A DNA stretch of 64,000 nt from a bacterium (GCA_963681965.1 OY820579.1:2624001-2688000); one strand, 5' to 3'; numbered from the stretch's first letter, positions 1 to 10,467 are shown. Numbers and translations: made by a program. The notes: generated from the sequence alone by a model not told the origin.

Positions 1-45
1 TTAGTAGCTCTTGATCTGCCCCCATTATTTGTACCAGTGTCTATG

Positions 46-921
46 TCACACTGGTCTCATTCCTGCGTAGCGTAGCGGAGCAGGAATGAGTGGTAACTCT
101 GTTTCCGGTGCCGGCGGCAGATAGCCCAAAGAGCTGTGCGGTCGAATCGTATTGTAATGGTGCCGCCATTGTTCGATAATCACCTTTGCTTCCAATATGG
201 TATCAAAGATTTCACCCTTCAGCAACAGTTTCAACCGACAGTTAAAACTTTCGATGTATCCGTTTTCCCACGGGCTGCCAGGCGTAATAAACAAGGGTTG
301 CACATCAACCCGGGGCAGCCACGCTAGTACCTCATTCGCCGTAAACTCAGGGCCATTGTCACTACGAACATGAATCGGTGTACCTCGTACTACAAACAGT
401 TCTTCCAGTACGCAAAGAACATCATCCGCCTTGATCTTCCGGGCTACCAGGATCGCAAGGCATTCCCGGGTGTATTCGTCCATGATCGCAAAGATCTTGA
501 ACGAACGACCATTCGACGTATGCCACGTGACAAAGTCGAAGCTCCAGACATGATCCGGATGTTCCGGACGTAGACGGATGCAGGAACCATCATTCAGCCA
601 CAGTCTTCGACGCTTCTTCTGCTTCTTCGGGACCTTCAGTCCGGACTGTCGCCAGATCCGTTCCACCCGTTTGTGGTTTACCCGCCAGCCGATGTTACGG
701 ATCATCGCCGTTACGATCCGGTAGCCATACCCGCCATACTGGCAAGCCAGAAATACCACCAGCGAGACCAACGGGCCTTCGTCGGCACGACGAAGCGGTG
801 CATACCGGTGACTCGTTCGTGGTTCGCAAAGAACCGTACAGACCCGTCGTTCCGAGACCCGATCAATGCCCAGCGAATGGCGAACAGTAAGCGCAGTCTC
901 GCGACGCTTCGCCGGGCACAC
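46..921 (-). CDS. IS3 transposase OrfB (DDE integrase core), probably fused to OrfA by -1 frameshift
   Basis: WSFDF / DEYTRE / RSDNGPEF / PWENGYIESFN / RPHSSLGY motifs. Confidence 0.95.
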   Translation of the reverse strand: MCPAKRRETALTVRHSLGIDRVSERRVCTVLCEPRTSHRYAPLRRADEGPLVSLVVFLACQYGGYGYRIVTAMIRNIGWRVNHKRVERIWRQSGLKVPKKQKKRRRLWLNDGSCIRLRPEHPDHVWSFDFVTWHTSNGRSFKIFAIMDEYTRECLAILVARKIKADDVLCVLEELFVVRGTPIHVRSDNGPEFTANEVLAWLPRVDVQPLFITPGSPWENGYIESFNCRLKLLLKGEIFDTILEAKVIIEQWRHHYNTIRPHSSLGYLPPAPETELPLIPAPLRYAGMRPV

Positions 922-1196
922 TATTTTCCCTTGAGAGCCTCCTGCAGGATCTCTTTGTCCAAGGTCAGATCAGATACGACCTTCCGAAGACGGCCATTCT
1001 CGCGTTCCAGTTCCTTCAAACGCTTCGCCTGATCCAGCTTCAAACCACCGTATTCCTTGCGCCAGTGGTAGTAAGTATGTTCCTGGATGCCCAACTTCCG
1101 GCAAACTTCACGGACGCTCATCCCCTTCCCAATCTCAACTTCCGCTTCACGAAGCATCGGGATAATCTGCTCCGCAGTTCGCTTCACTCCACGCAT
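921..1196 (-). CDS. IS3 transposase OrfA (HTH)
   Basis: 91 aa; 'KRLKELERENGRLRKVVSDLTLDKEIL' is typical IS3 OrfA; ends in a G GGA AAA slippery motif. Confidence 0.93.
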   Translation of the reverse strand: MRGVKRTAEQIIPMLREAEVEIGKGMSVREVCRKLGIQEHTYYHWRKEYGGLKLDQAKRLKELERENGRLRKVVSDLTLDKEILQEALKGK

Positions 1197-1261
1197 GAAA
1201 ACCTCCCATAAAAGGTACTACTCTGACATAGAGAGTGGTACTACTTTCGGGGGCTAGATCA

Positions 1262-1612
1262 AGTCAAAGACCTTCCGAAATTGATCCGACAATATTATCT
1301 CAATGTGGAACAATTTTTGCGTTACGTTTGGCGAACGCTTCTGACCGCTCACATGTGACTGGAACCGTAAGTGACAATCTTGAAGGATTATTTAACATGT
1401 TACCAGCATTACGAACTGGTGAAGCAATTATTGTAGGGGAGTCAGTACATTTACCCTTACGTGCGTTAGTTGATGCACCAATTGAAAACCGCTTTCCAGA
1501 CAGTCACGATCCGCATGTCTACGATCCTAGTTCACGGAGTGGATGGAATCGACCCATGCAGGTGGAAGATTATGCGCGAGTTTTGAAGAATTGGAGAAAC
1601 GAGAAGCCGTAA
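1262..1612 (+). pseudogene. C-terminal remnant of HerA/FtsK-like (DUF87-type) ATPase, N-terminus removed at the IS boundary
   Basis: SQRPSEIDPTILSQCGTIFALRL..SDR and LPALRTGEAIIVGE are HerA C-terminal motifs; homology starts exactly at the IS end; the ORF-track start at 1235 lies inside the IS. Confidence 0.85.
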
Positions 1613-1636
1613 AGTACATGCATTATAAGGAGGTCG

Positions 1637-1849
1637 TTGATGGAAAGAATTCCGGTAAATTCGTCAATCATAGTAGACATTGGTTACGATCCAAACACTA
1701 TGACACTCGAGTTGAGTTTCACACAAGGTACTGTTTACCAATATTTCGATGTTCCGGAAGCACTCTACTCAGAATTACTGCGAGCAGACTCGAAGGGAAA
1801 ATATTTTCATGCAAATATAAAAGATGCCTATCGGTATGCAAAGTTATAA
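1637..1849 (+). CDS. KTSC domain protein
   Basis: VNSSII..IGYD....TLELSF..G.VYQYFDVP..LY..L..ADSKGKYFH.NIK consensus; AAGGAGG RBS. Confidence 0.92.
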   Translation: MMERIPVNSSIIVDIGYDPNTMTLELSFTQGTVYQYFDVPEALYSELLRADSKGKYFHANIKDAYRYAKL

Positions 1850-1902
1850 AGGTCGCATCAGATGGAATACCACAAAACGTTTGTAGCTGAGGAGGAACTT
1901 CC

Positions 1903-3033
1903 GTGATCCGCTTCCTCCATACGAGTGACTGGCAGTTGGGGATGACCCGCCATTTTCTGTCCGAAGGTGCTCAGGAAAGATATACCCAAGCACGCTTTGA
2001 CGCTATTCGGACTATGGGGCGAATAGCTAAAAGTGAGGATTGCCAGTTTATGCTGGTATGTGGCGATGCATTCGAGTCGAACCAGGTGGACAGAAAAACG
2101 GTAGCCCGGGCTATGGAAGCAATTAAGGAAGTTTCAGTTCCTGTTTTCATCTTGCCGGGTAATCACGACCCGTTGAATGCTGCTTCTGTTTATCGTTCGA
2201 GCACCTTCATTGAGCGTAAGCCAGCAAATGTACAGATCATCGAGACCGCCTCACCAATCAAAATATCAGAAGATGTGGAGCTGGTGGGTGCACCTTGGAT
2301 GTCAAAGCGTCCGGTATTCAATCCCATCGAGGACGCGATCAACGCCCTTGAACCTACCAACAAAATCATTCGAATTTGCTTGGGTCACGGAGCAGTAGAC
2401 ACGCTATCACCAGATAGTGAATCCACAGCAATCATTTCGGTTACCATGCTCGAACGAGCCATCGGTGATGGGAAGATACACTTTGTAGCACTTGGCGACA
2501 GACACTCTTTGACTAACGTCGGCAGTGGCAACCGTATCTGGTATTCCGGGACACCCGAGTCTACAGATTTTCGTGAGATACAATCTGGTTACGCCAACAT
2601 AGTTGAGATAGACAACCATAGTGTGACCGCTAAGAGCGTCCAGATCGGTCAATGGCGGTTCATCGAACATGAACGGGTTGATCTTAATACAGCAGAGGAT
2701 GTAGAATCGATACGGAAGAAATTGGAGGAAATCGAGAAAAAGGAGCGCACTGTCGTTCGGTTGAACCTCGTCGGCTCGCTTTCGTTAACCGCAAATACAA
2801 TACTTCAGAATCACATATTCGCTGCAAAGGATATATTCGGTGCCTTCGATGTAAGCGATGAAACACTTTTAGTGCTACCGGACGACGCAGACTTTGCAAA
2901 CCTTGGATTTTCGGGCTTTGCTGATGAAACCGTAAAACGTCTTCGAAGCACGATTGCAGAAGGTGGAGATGAAAGTATTGTGGCGCGCGATGCCCTGATG
3001 CTTATGCTTAGGTTGGCAAGGGGGGCAGCATGA
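1903..3033 (+). CDS. Mre11/SbcD-like metallophosphoesterase nuclease
   Basis: HTSDWQLG, VCGDAF, PGNHD, GHG, ALGDRH, YSGTPE motifs; GAGGAGG RBS. Confidence 0.92.
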   Translation: MIRFLHTSDWQLGMTRHFLSEGAQERYTQARFDAIRTMGRIAKSEDCQFMLVCGDAFESNQVDRKTVARAMEAIKEVSVPVFILPGNHDPLNAASVYRSSTFIERKPANVQIIETASPIKISEDVELVGAPWMSKRPVFNPIEDAINALEPTNKIIRICLGHGAVDTLSPDSESTAIISVTMLERAIGDGKIHFVALGDRHSLTNVGSGNRIWYSGTPESTDFREIQSGYANIVEIDNHSVTAKSVQIGQWRFIEHERVDLNTAEDVESIRKKLEEIEKKERTVVRLNLVGSLSLTANTILQNHIFAAKDIFGAFDVSDETLLVLPDDADFANLGFSGFADETVKRLRSTIAEGGDESIVARDALMLMLRLARGAA

Positions 3034-4302
3034 AATTCGTTCGCCTTCGAGTCTCCAATTACCGAGGTATAGATGCCGCTGAAGTAATGTTCGGACCGAA
3101 TGGTATTACTCTGATTCAGGGACCTAATGAAACTGGTAAAACCAGTCTGGGCGAGTCCATTGGGATTCTCTTCGAATATTTAGATTCAAGCAAGCATCGA
3201 AATATCGAAGCTATCAAACCGGTTCATCGAGATGAAGGTCCAGAGATTGAGTTACAGGCAGAGAGCGGCCCTTACAGCTTCACATTTACAAAGCGGTTCC
3301 TCAAACGACCAGAAACCAAACTCACTGTTACTAGCCCAAAACCAGAAAACTACACTGGACGCGAAGCGCACGAGCGCGCAGAATCTATCCTTCGCGAAAC
3401 CCTCGACATTGATCTCTGGAGAGCATTGACCATTCAACAGGGTGATGCAATCCATCAACCAGACCTCACGAAGCAGACATCTCTTTCGGTCGCACTCGAT
3501 AAAGCAGCCGGTGGGAATCCCGTCGATCCTCGGGATGAAGGACTATTCGACATAGTACATGAGGAGTACCTCCGATACTTTACTGAAAAGGGGAGCGAAC
3601 GGAAGGAACTAGCGGATTCCCGCAAGGCGCAGAAAGATTGCGAAGCAGAAGTTGTCCGTATCGTGCAGGCAATCCGATCCCTCGACCAAGACATTGACCG
3701 TGCGGCAGCTCTTCAGCGAGAATTGGATCAGCTAAAAAAACAAGAAGATGAATTTACAAAGGTGGTAGCAGCCCATTCAATTTCTCTTGAGGAAATTGCT
3801 GCGTTAGAGATTGCCCTTTCGACAGCTCGTTTGAAGCTTGAATCAGCACAAAAATCCGAGCAAGTCGCTCGCGGTGATAAGGATGTACGGCAAGGTCTCA
3901 TTAATTCGGTTTCAATTGGTGCAAAGGAGCATGGCGAGATCGTTGATTCCTGTGCTATGTCACTCACAGCATTGAACCAAGCCGATGGCAAACTCAAAGC
4001 AGCACAAAAGGCTTTCGACGAAAGTGACATTGCAAGAAAGGCTGCCGTTTGACTCATTAAGCGGTGGCACCAAAGAACAGCTTTCACTGATCTTCCGATC
4101 CGCCTGCTCGATGATCGTTGCCAACGATGGAGGAATGCCGCTCATTCTTGACGATGCTTTGGGTTATACTGACCCAGAACGGCTGCGTCTCATGGGTGCA
4201 GTTCTTGCTAAAGCAGCCAAGGAATGCCAGATTGTTATATTCACTTGCGTTCCAGACCGGTATAGCTATGTTGGAGAGGCTAAGGTCGTCTCAATAAGTT
4301 GA
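3030..4302 (+). pseudogene. Rad50/SbcC-like ABC ATPase, internally deleted and out of frame (N part 3030-4052, C part ~4040-4302)
   Basis: N part has Walker A GPNETGKT, Q-loop and a coiled coil; the +1 frame has signature LSGGTKEQL, Walker B ILDDAL and FTC; the return coiled-coil arm is missing; ATGA overlap with the nuclease gene. Confidence 0.82.
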
Positions 4303-4394
4303 AAACGCGTACTTACGAGTTCAGTGGTACGAATAGATGAAAAACTCAAAACTCAAAGTTCAACTAACTTTATGGGAATGAGTGGAAGGTACTC

Positions 4395-4580
4395 ATGAAG
4401 AATGTAAAACTGACATTGTCGCCAGACAAGAAATCGGTATCCATCGAAGTCGATTTGACCCAAGATTTTGGCAAATCTGCAAGTGGCAAAACCATCATTA
4501 TTGCCAGCACAGAGGGCAATGTAGTGATCGAGGGAACCAATCCTCCTGTAACTGTCGGGTTGAACATTTACAAGAAGTAA
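4395..4580 (+). CDS. Small (61 aa) beta-rich conserved hypothetical protein
   Basis: GGAAGG RBS; MKNV...VDL...FG.SASGKTIIIASTEGN...GLN.YK resembles a small uncharacterised family I recall. Confidence 0.7.
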   Translation: MKNVKLTLSPDKKSVSIEVDLTQDFGKSASGKTIIIASTEGNVVIEGTNPPVTVGLNIYKK

Positions 4581-6761
4581 TGGTCTTCACTTTAGATTCA
4601 GTCGTACTCATAACGTCGGAATTTGGTCAAAATGTTGTCCTTTATAATGTTCAGGAAACTAGTGCTGCCTATTGTATAAGAAGTATTTGACACATTGTCA
4701 AAATCGGATAACTCTTGAGCAAATGTTACAAGCGATTGTTGATCTTTCTTGACCGAGTAAAGTTGATTGATTCGGTTGAGCAATAACATTCGAACAACGA
4801 GGCGAGTAATGAAAATCAGTTCGATACACATAGAAAACTTTCGTTCATTTAAAGATGAGACTATTACCTTCAGCGACTATACTTGCTTGGTTGGCGCTAA
4901 CGGCTCGGGAAAGTCGAATGTAATTTGTGCGTTAAACGTCGTATTTGGTGAAACCGAAGGAGTTTCTACTGACCTTCGCACACTTACGGTTGAGGATTTT
5001 CACAATAAAGACACTAAGAACCCTATAGTGATAACAGTGATCTTTACAGATTTAAGCGAGGCGGCAAAAGATGACTTTGCGGATTATTTTCGTCAAGAGG
5101 CACTCATTCTTTCGGCTGTTGCCGAGTTCGATCAAAACACTGGTACTGCGGTTGTAAAGCAATTTGGGCAAAGGAAAGGTATGGATGAATTTAAAGAGTA
5201 TTTCAAAGCAAAAGGAGATAAAAAAACTACAGGTGAGTTGAAACCAATTTTTGCAAACATTAAGACAAACTTCTCTGATTTACCAAATGCGACCACTGAA
5301 CCTGCAATGACCGCTGCGTTACGTGATTACGAAAGTAATCATCCTGAATTATGTGTACTGATTCCAAGTGAAGATCAATTCTACGGTATATCGAAAGGCA
5401 AAAATCTATTGGCTAAGTACCTTCAATGGGTTTATATACCGGCTGTAAAAGACGTAATAGTTGAACAAAGGGAAGCAAAATCAACAGCATTAGGTAAGCT
5501 ACTGGCACGAACCGTACGAGCAAGAGTAAGTTTCGGCGATAAGATAAAAGAAATCCGTGAAACAGCTCAAAGAGATTATCAAATTCTTATTGATAGTAAC
5601 CAAAGTGTATTGGATGAAATTTCCGGCGCACTTCAAAAACGCCTTACGGAATGGTCACATCCAGACGCAGCACTTAAATTACTTTGGAGTAAGGACGATA
5701 AAGCCATAAAAGTAGATGAACCGTTCGCGCAAATATTAGCAGGTGAAGGAGCTTTTGAAGGTGATCTTGCACGTTTTGGACATGGTTTTCAACGCTCTTA
5801 TTTCTTAGCTTTGTTACAAGTTTTATCCGCATCCGGTGATGATCCATCTGCCCCTAAACTTATTCTTGCTTGTGAAGAACCAGAATTATTTCAGCACCCT
5901 CCACAAGCTCGGCACCTTTATAATGTTTTCCAAAATTTAATTGCGGAATACTCACAAGTAATTATCTGCACACATAGCCCGTATTTCGTTTCTGGGGATA
6001 AGTTCGAAGATATAAGAATCGTTCGCAAATGTAGTTCGGTGTCAAATGTAAAGCGCGTTACGTACGATCAGATAGGTAATTTAATTGCAAGTGCTGGCGG
6101 CAAATCAATCAAACCCGAAGGCACTCTTGCAAAACTTCATCAAGCGTTGCAACCGTCTTTGAGCGAAATGTTCTTCACCTCTCATTTGATTCTGGTTGAA
6201 GGTCTTGAAGATTTTGCTTACGTCACTACTTATTTAACACTTATGGATTTATGGAACGACTTTAGACGTTTCGGTTGTCATATTGTACCTGTTAATGGTA
6301 AGAGTAACTTTCCACAACCTATGGCATTAGCGAAGCTGCTGGACATTCCTACCTATATAATATTCGATGCAGATACTGATAAAATTCCTGATCCCTCTAG
6401 TGAAAAATATAAATCGATCAAAGGATATCACGAAAAAGATAATTTAACGATTTTGAAATTATGGGGAATTTCAAACCCTGATCCATTCCCAACTAGTACT
6501 TTTTGGAGTAATCGTATTACTATGTGGTCTTCTGACATTGGGAAAACCATAGAAGCTGACATAGGGCAAAGCACTTTATCAACATATTCTACCAAAGCCG
6601 ACGCTATTTATGGTAGTCCTGGTGGATTAGAAAAGAACAATCTTCACATCGCAGCTTATTTGAAATTTGCGTGGGATGACAGTGTGAGGTGGTACCCTCC
6701 GTTTGGACAGTTTTGTGCGAATCTTAGTTAGATTGCACTGCCCACTGTCTGCTGTTTCTTG

Positions 6762-7571
6762 TCAGGCAGCTGCCTGACAAGAAAGATTTCTTAGACTATC
6801 GGTGTAGACTTCATCTGGGGTTTGATAGCCCAAGCCTTGGTGCGAACGTTCGCTGTTGTAGAACGAAAAATATTCACCGATACTGCGCTCTGCAATGCGA
6901 ACTGAATCGTACCCTTTCAAGTATACTTCCTCGTACTTCAACGACTTCCACAATCGTTCGACAAAACGGTTATCCATCCACCGACCTTTACCATCCATAC
7001 TGATCCGAACGCCTGCCTCTTTCAAAACATCCGTAAATGCGACGCTGGTAAACTGACACCCTTGATCGCTGTTGAAGATCTCAGGCTTCCCATACTTCGA
7101 CAACGCATCCTTCAATGCTTCCACACAGGAATGCGTATCCAGCGTATTCGACAACCGCCACGACAACACCTTGCGACTGAACCAGTCGATCACCGCCACC
7201 AGGTACATAAAACCCTTTGCCAGTGGGATGTACGTGATGTCGGTCGCCCATACTTGATTCGCGCGATCAACCGTCAAGTCGCGAAGCAAGTACGGATAAA
7301 TCTTGTGTTCCTTGTCAGGAACCGTCGTACGCGGCTTGCGGTACAATGCTTCCAGACCCAGGATGCGTAGCAAGGAACGAACCTTTTTCCGACCAACATC
7401 GATACCCTGCTTCGATAACTCCACCACCAGTTTACGGGCACCGTAGAACGGAACCTTCAGGTGAAGCTCATCCAGCGTTCGCAACAGCATCAAATTGTTC
7501 GAATCAAGCGGAACAGGGCGATAGTAGTAACTGCTGCGTGGAACCTTGATCAAAGAACACTGCTGAACCAA
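6762..7571 (-). CDS. IS3 type 2 transposase OrfB (DDE)
   Basis: [38 protein letters not shown] motifs. Confidence 0.95.
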   Translation of the reverse strand: MVQQCSLIKVPRSSYYYRPVPLDSNNLMLLRTLDELHLKVPFYGARKLVVELSKQGIDVGRKKVRSLLRILGLEALYRKPRTTVPDKEHKIYPYLLRDLTVDRANQVWATDITYIPLAKGFMYLVAVIDWFSRKVLSWRLSNTLDTHSCVEALKDALSKYGKPEIFNSDQGCQFTSVAFTDVLKEAGVRISMDGKGRWMDNRFVERLWKSLKYEEVYLKGYDSVRIAERSIGEYFSFYNSERSHQGLGYQTPDEVYTDSLRNLSCQAAA

Positions 7572-7594
7572 CGGTAAACGGGCACCCGGATCGA

Positions 7595-7897
7595 TCAGCG
7601 CTTCACGCTCAGAACGCCCAAGCGACTGAGCCCCTTTGCTAAAAAATCGTTTTCCATCGTTAACTGGCCGATCTTGGCGCGCAGCTCCTTAAGATCTACT
7701 TCTTCACTTCCTGACGATTCAGTTTTGCCAAATACCGATGCAGCATGATCCAAAAGCTGCTTCTTCCACTGACTGATCTGGTTCGGATGAACTTGATATA
7801 GACTTGATAGTTCAGATACTGTCTTATCACCCTTGAGTGCGGCTAATGCTACCGTCGCCTTGAAATCAGGCGATAATGTCCGTCGTAAACCCGACAT
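7595..7897 (-). CDS. IS3 type 2 transposase OrfA
   Basis: FKATVALAALKGDKTVSEL...VHPNQI..WK...KIGQLTMENDFL; AGGGAG RBS before ATG at 7897. Confidence 0.92.
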   Translation of the reverse strand: MSGLRRTLSPDFKATVALAALKGDKTVSELSSLYQVHPNQISQWKKQLLDHAASVFGKTESSGSEEVDLKELRAKIGQLTMENDFLAKGLSRLGVLSVKR

Positions 7898-8167
7898 TGT
7901 AAACTCCCTGCTTGCTGTCAAAATATCGGGCAAAGCAATCTAACTAACAAACTGTCCAGGAAAACGGGACCACTTCAGTGTAAAATCTGTATCATTAGAA
8001 AAGCTTTGCAATAAACTGATCGAATTCGCTAAGGAACCTTAACCAGATTAATATCATTATTGTGTTGGCTAAATGGTAAAGCGCTAGATCCTCTTTGTTT
8101 CCCATACTCCTTCAACCTATAACTAATTTGCTTGTTGCGAAACGTCGGATTATATTCCTACCGTTAG

Positions 8168-8782
8168 ATGAAACGCAACAAATCAATGCCAACAGCAACT
8201 GACATTCTTCAACTCATCCATGACCGTGGTGTAATCCGAGCAAGGGATCTGTCGCGTCTGGGGATTGGTACGATTTATCTGACGCGGCTAGTCGAGGATG
8301 GGCAGATACGACGCATCGGTCGCGGTCTCTATGCATCGAATTCGTATGACCAATCCGACCGGCATTCATTTATCGAAATTGCACTAAAAGCACCCCACGC
8401 AATTATTTCACTACTGTCGGCTCTGCAGTATCATGGTCTGACGACTCAAGCTCCATTCGAGGTCTGGATTACCATTGCGGCTCATGCGAGAAAACCGTCA
8501 CTCGAGTATCCGCCACTGCGCGTATTCCGGACATCGGAGCAGACGCTCCCGATAGGCTGCGAACAACACACCATTGATAGTGTCACAGTCAATATCTATT
8601 CTCCGGCACGCACTGTCGTCGATTGCTTCCGATACCGCAACAAAATCGGGATAGATGTTGCCAAAGAGGCACTGCGCGATGGTATTCGAATGAAGAAATG
8701 CACCATTGACGACCTCTGGCGGATCGCAACCCAATGCAGAATTGCCAATGTGATCCGTCCCTACCTCGAGACAATCGAATGA
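8168..8782 (+). CDS. abiEi: Type IV toxin-antitoxin antitoxin, AbiEi family
   Basis: N-terminal wHTH (RIGRGLY), SLLSALQYHGLTTQ.P, ARTVVDCFRYRNKIG.DVA.EAL; coupled to AbiEii; ttgttgcg/cgcaacaa inverted repeat at 8132-8181. Confidence 0.9.
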   Translation: MKRNKSMPTATDILQLIHDRGVIRARDLSRLGIGTIYLTRLVEDGQIRRIGRGLYASNSYDQSDRHSFIEIALKAPHAIISLLSALQYHGLTTQAPFEVWITIAAHARKPSLEYPPLRVFRTSEQTLPIGCEQHTIDSVTVNIYSPARTVVDCFRYRNKIGIDVAKEALRDGIRMKKCTIDDLWRIATQCRIANVIRPYLETIE

Positions 8783-9687
8783 GTCCGAACCTCGTCGCAT
8801 CAATCCAAGCTCGTCTACTGGCGATAGCCAAACGACAAGGTGAGGATTTTACAATTTTACTTTCCCGCTTTGCCGGAGAGCGGTTTCTGTATCGACTCAG
8901 TCAATCGGAATACAAAGATCGCTTCATATTGAAAGGTGCAACTCTCTTTTTGATCAGTGACGGTATTCTGCATCGTCCGACTCGCGATATCGATCTGCTC
9001 GGTTTTTTCCCGAACGACCAAGCTGCACTCGAAGATGTATTCCGCTCGCTGTGCCGAATGAGTTTTCCCGCCGATGGATTGACTTTTCTTGCCAACACGA
9101 TTGCCAGTGCACCGATCCGTGAAGAACAAGAATATCAAGGGATTCGTGTTACAATGACGGCAATGCTCGGGAAAATGAGATGCCCGCTTCAAGTGGACAT
9201 CGGCTTTGGCGATTCGATTATTCCGGCACCCACCGAAGTCAAGGTTCCAGTGTTGCTCGATCTTCCGGCACCGATACTTCGCGCCTATGCGCCGGAAACA
9301 TCGGTCGCTGAGAAACTGCATGCGATCGTCATTCGCGGTATTGCTAACAGCCGAATGAAGGATTATTTCGATCTCTGGTACTGGGCATCCAACCGAAGCT
9401 TTGATGGCGACCGATTGACCCAGGCGATTCACGCCACGCTCGAACGGCGACAAACGGCGATTCCCGAAGAATTGCCATTTGGGCTTTCCGATGACTTTGC
9501 AAGAGATACTATCAAGCGACAACAGTGGGATGCTTTTCTGAATCGAAACCGATTGCAGACGAGCGACTCCAGTTTTCAAGAGGTTGTTCGCTTGGTGCAA
9601 CAATTTGCATGGGAACCACTCACGGCAGTTCGAACCGGAATTGATTTCAAGAAAACGTGGCAACCAGCAACGGGCTGGTCAAAGTAA
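8779..9687 (+). CDS. abiEii: Type IV toxin-antitoxin nucleotidyltransferase toxin, AbiEii family
   Basis: ERFLYRLS, FILKGA, RPTRDIDL, DIGFGD, AEKLHA, NSRMKDYFD; ATGA overlap with abiEi. Confidence 0.92.
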   Translation: MSPNLVASIQARLLAIAKRQGEDFTILLSRFAGERFLYRLSQSEYKDRFILKGATLFLISDGILHRPTRDIDLLGFFPNDQAALEDVFRSLCRMSFPADGLTFLANTIASAPIREEQEYQGIRVTMTAMLGKMRCPLQVDIGFGDSIIPAPTEVKVPVLLDLPAPILRAYAPETSVAEKLHAIVIRGIANSRMKDYFDLWYWASNRSFDGDRLTQAIHATLERRQTAIPEELPFGLSDDFARDTIKRQQWDAFLNRNRLQTSDSSFQEVVRLVQQFAWEPLTAVRTGIDFKKTWQPATGWSK

Positions 9688-9800
9688 ATTGAACTAAAGA
9701 CCATTCTCTAACCTCTCTGAGAACCTCCTCCGATTCCTAACTCTTGAATTTTCCTTACTCGCTTTCTCAAACGAGTCAATTTCTTTGCCTTGGAGTTGAT

Positions 9801-9820
9801 TGGTTAATTTATTTTAACCA
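9801..9820. promoter_or_regulatory. Palindrome TGGTTAA-N6-TTAACCA, candidate operator of the LexA-like repressor
   Basis: Perfect 7-bp arms, 26 bp upstream of the ATG at 9847. Confidence 0.55.
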
Positions 9821-9846
9821 TATTGGATTTACGAAAGGAGTTCGGA

Positions 9847-10467
9847 ATGACTCGACCGAAATTGAGTACCTCGCAGCAAAAGTATCTGAAATGGATTGCA
9901 GAAGTTATTGCCAAAACCGGCAAGTCGCCGACGCTTGAAGAGATTGGCGATCACTTCAAATCGACGGCGGTGAATGCTTACAAGATCGTCCAGATACTTG
10001 TTCGTAAAGGATATGTCAAGAAAACGGGCAACGGGCCGGTACGAACGCTCGTTGTGCTCGACGATGAGGGTAACGGAATTGTTCCGAACCAACTCCCACT
10101 GATCGGCAGGGTCGCGGCAGGTTTGCCGGTGTTGGCAGTAGAGAACCGGATTGGCATGGTTACGCTAGACGAAGCTTTCCTGCGACGTGGGGCATCCTTC
10201 GTACTTGTGGTTCAAGGGGAATCGATGCTCGATGCCGGTATCCTTCCGGGAGACAAGGTCATCATCAAACAGCAACCGACCGCAGAAACCGGACAGATTG
10301 TGCTGGCATTACTTGGCGAAGAGGCAACCATCAAACGATTCTACCCTCAGACGAATGGTTCGGTGATATTGAAACCGGAGAATCGCAGCTTTTCTGACAT
10401 TGTTGTCGCCACAGGTAATTGTTCGATTCAGGGTGTGGTTATCGGCTGTTACCGAGAGATTGAGTAA
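9847..10467 (+). CDS. lexA: LexA-family repressor (wHTH + S24 peptidase)
   Basis: SPTLEEIG HTH, GRVAAG cleavage site, GESM catalytic Ser, ATIKR catalytic Lys; AAGGAG RBS; may be an accessory paralogue. Confidence 0.9.
   Translation: MTRPKLSTSQQKYLKWIAEVIAKTGKSPTLEEIGDHFKSTAVNAYKIVQILVRKGYVKKTGNGPVRTLVVLDDEGNGIVPNQLPLIGRVAAGLPVLAVENRIGMVTLDEAFLRRGASFVLVVQGESMLDAGILPGDKVIIKQQPTAETGQIVLALLGEEATIKRFYPQTNGSVILKPENRSFSDIVVATGNCSIQGVVIGCYREIE

Larger units (their letters stand above)
12..1261 (-). mobile_element. IS3-family insertion sequence (IS407-like), type 1, copy A
   Basis: TG...CA ends with imperfect inverted repeats (tgatctgcccccattatttgtaccagtgtctatgtca vs revcomp tgatctagcccccgaaagtagtaccactctctatgtca); orfA plus DDE orfB; same sequence at 15655-16904; no matching target duplication on the flanks. 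Confidence 0.95.
6685..7977 (-). mobile_element. IS3-family insertion sequence, type 2, complete copy with 3-bp target duplication GTG
   Basis: Ends tgaggtggtaccctccgtttggacagttt and actgtccaggaaaacgggaccacttca; GTG at 6682-6684 and 7978-7980; orfA/orfB with a T TTT TTA slippery site near 7640-7646. Confidence 0.96.
4809..8042 (+). pseudogene. OLD-family ATP-dependent nuclease (ABC ATPase + TOPRIM), interrupted ~20 codons before its stop by an IS
   Basis: IENFRS, GANGSGKS, GHGFQR, CEEPELFQHP, THSPYF, ILVEGLED, IFDAD; removing the IS restores ...WDDSVKSVSLEKLCNKLIEFAKEP* (TAA 8040-8042); as written it reads into the IS and stops at 6731. Confidence 0.9.

Noticed and set aside
4044-4056. GTT TGA C at the Rad50 frame junction resembles the prfB +1 frameshift site (CTT TGA C)
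   Set aside because: Val-tRNA re-pairing on UUU is poor, there is no properly spaced SD, and the fused product would still lack the return coiled-coil arm; deletion is simpler
4809-6731. Gabija (GajA-GajB) system
   Set aside because: No UvrD-like GajB follows; the downstream helicase fragment is Ski2-like and separated by other genes
8857-9663. 268-aa antisense ORF, and the many other short ORFs overlapping IS elements and large genes
   Set aside because: They are shadows of well-supported genes on the opposite strand or frame, with no motifs of their own
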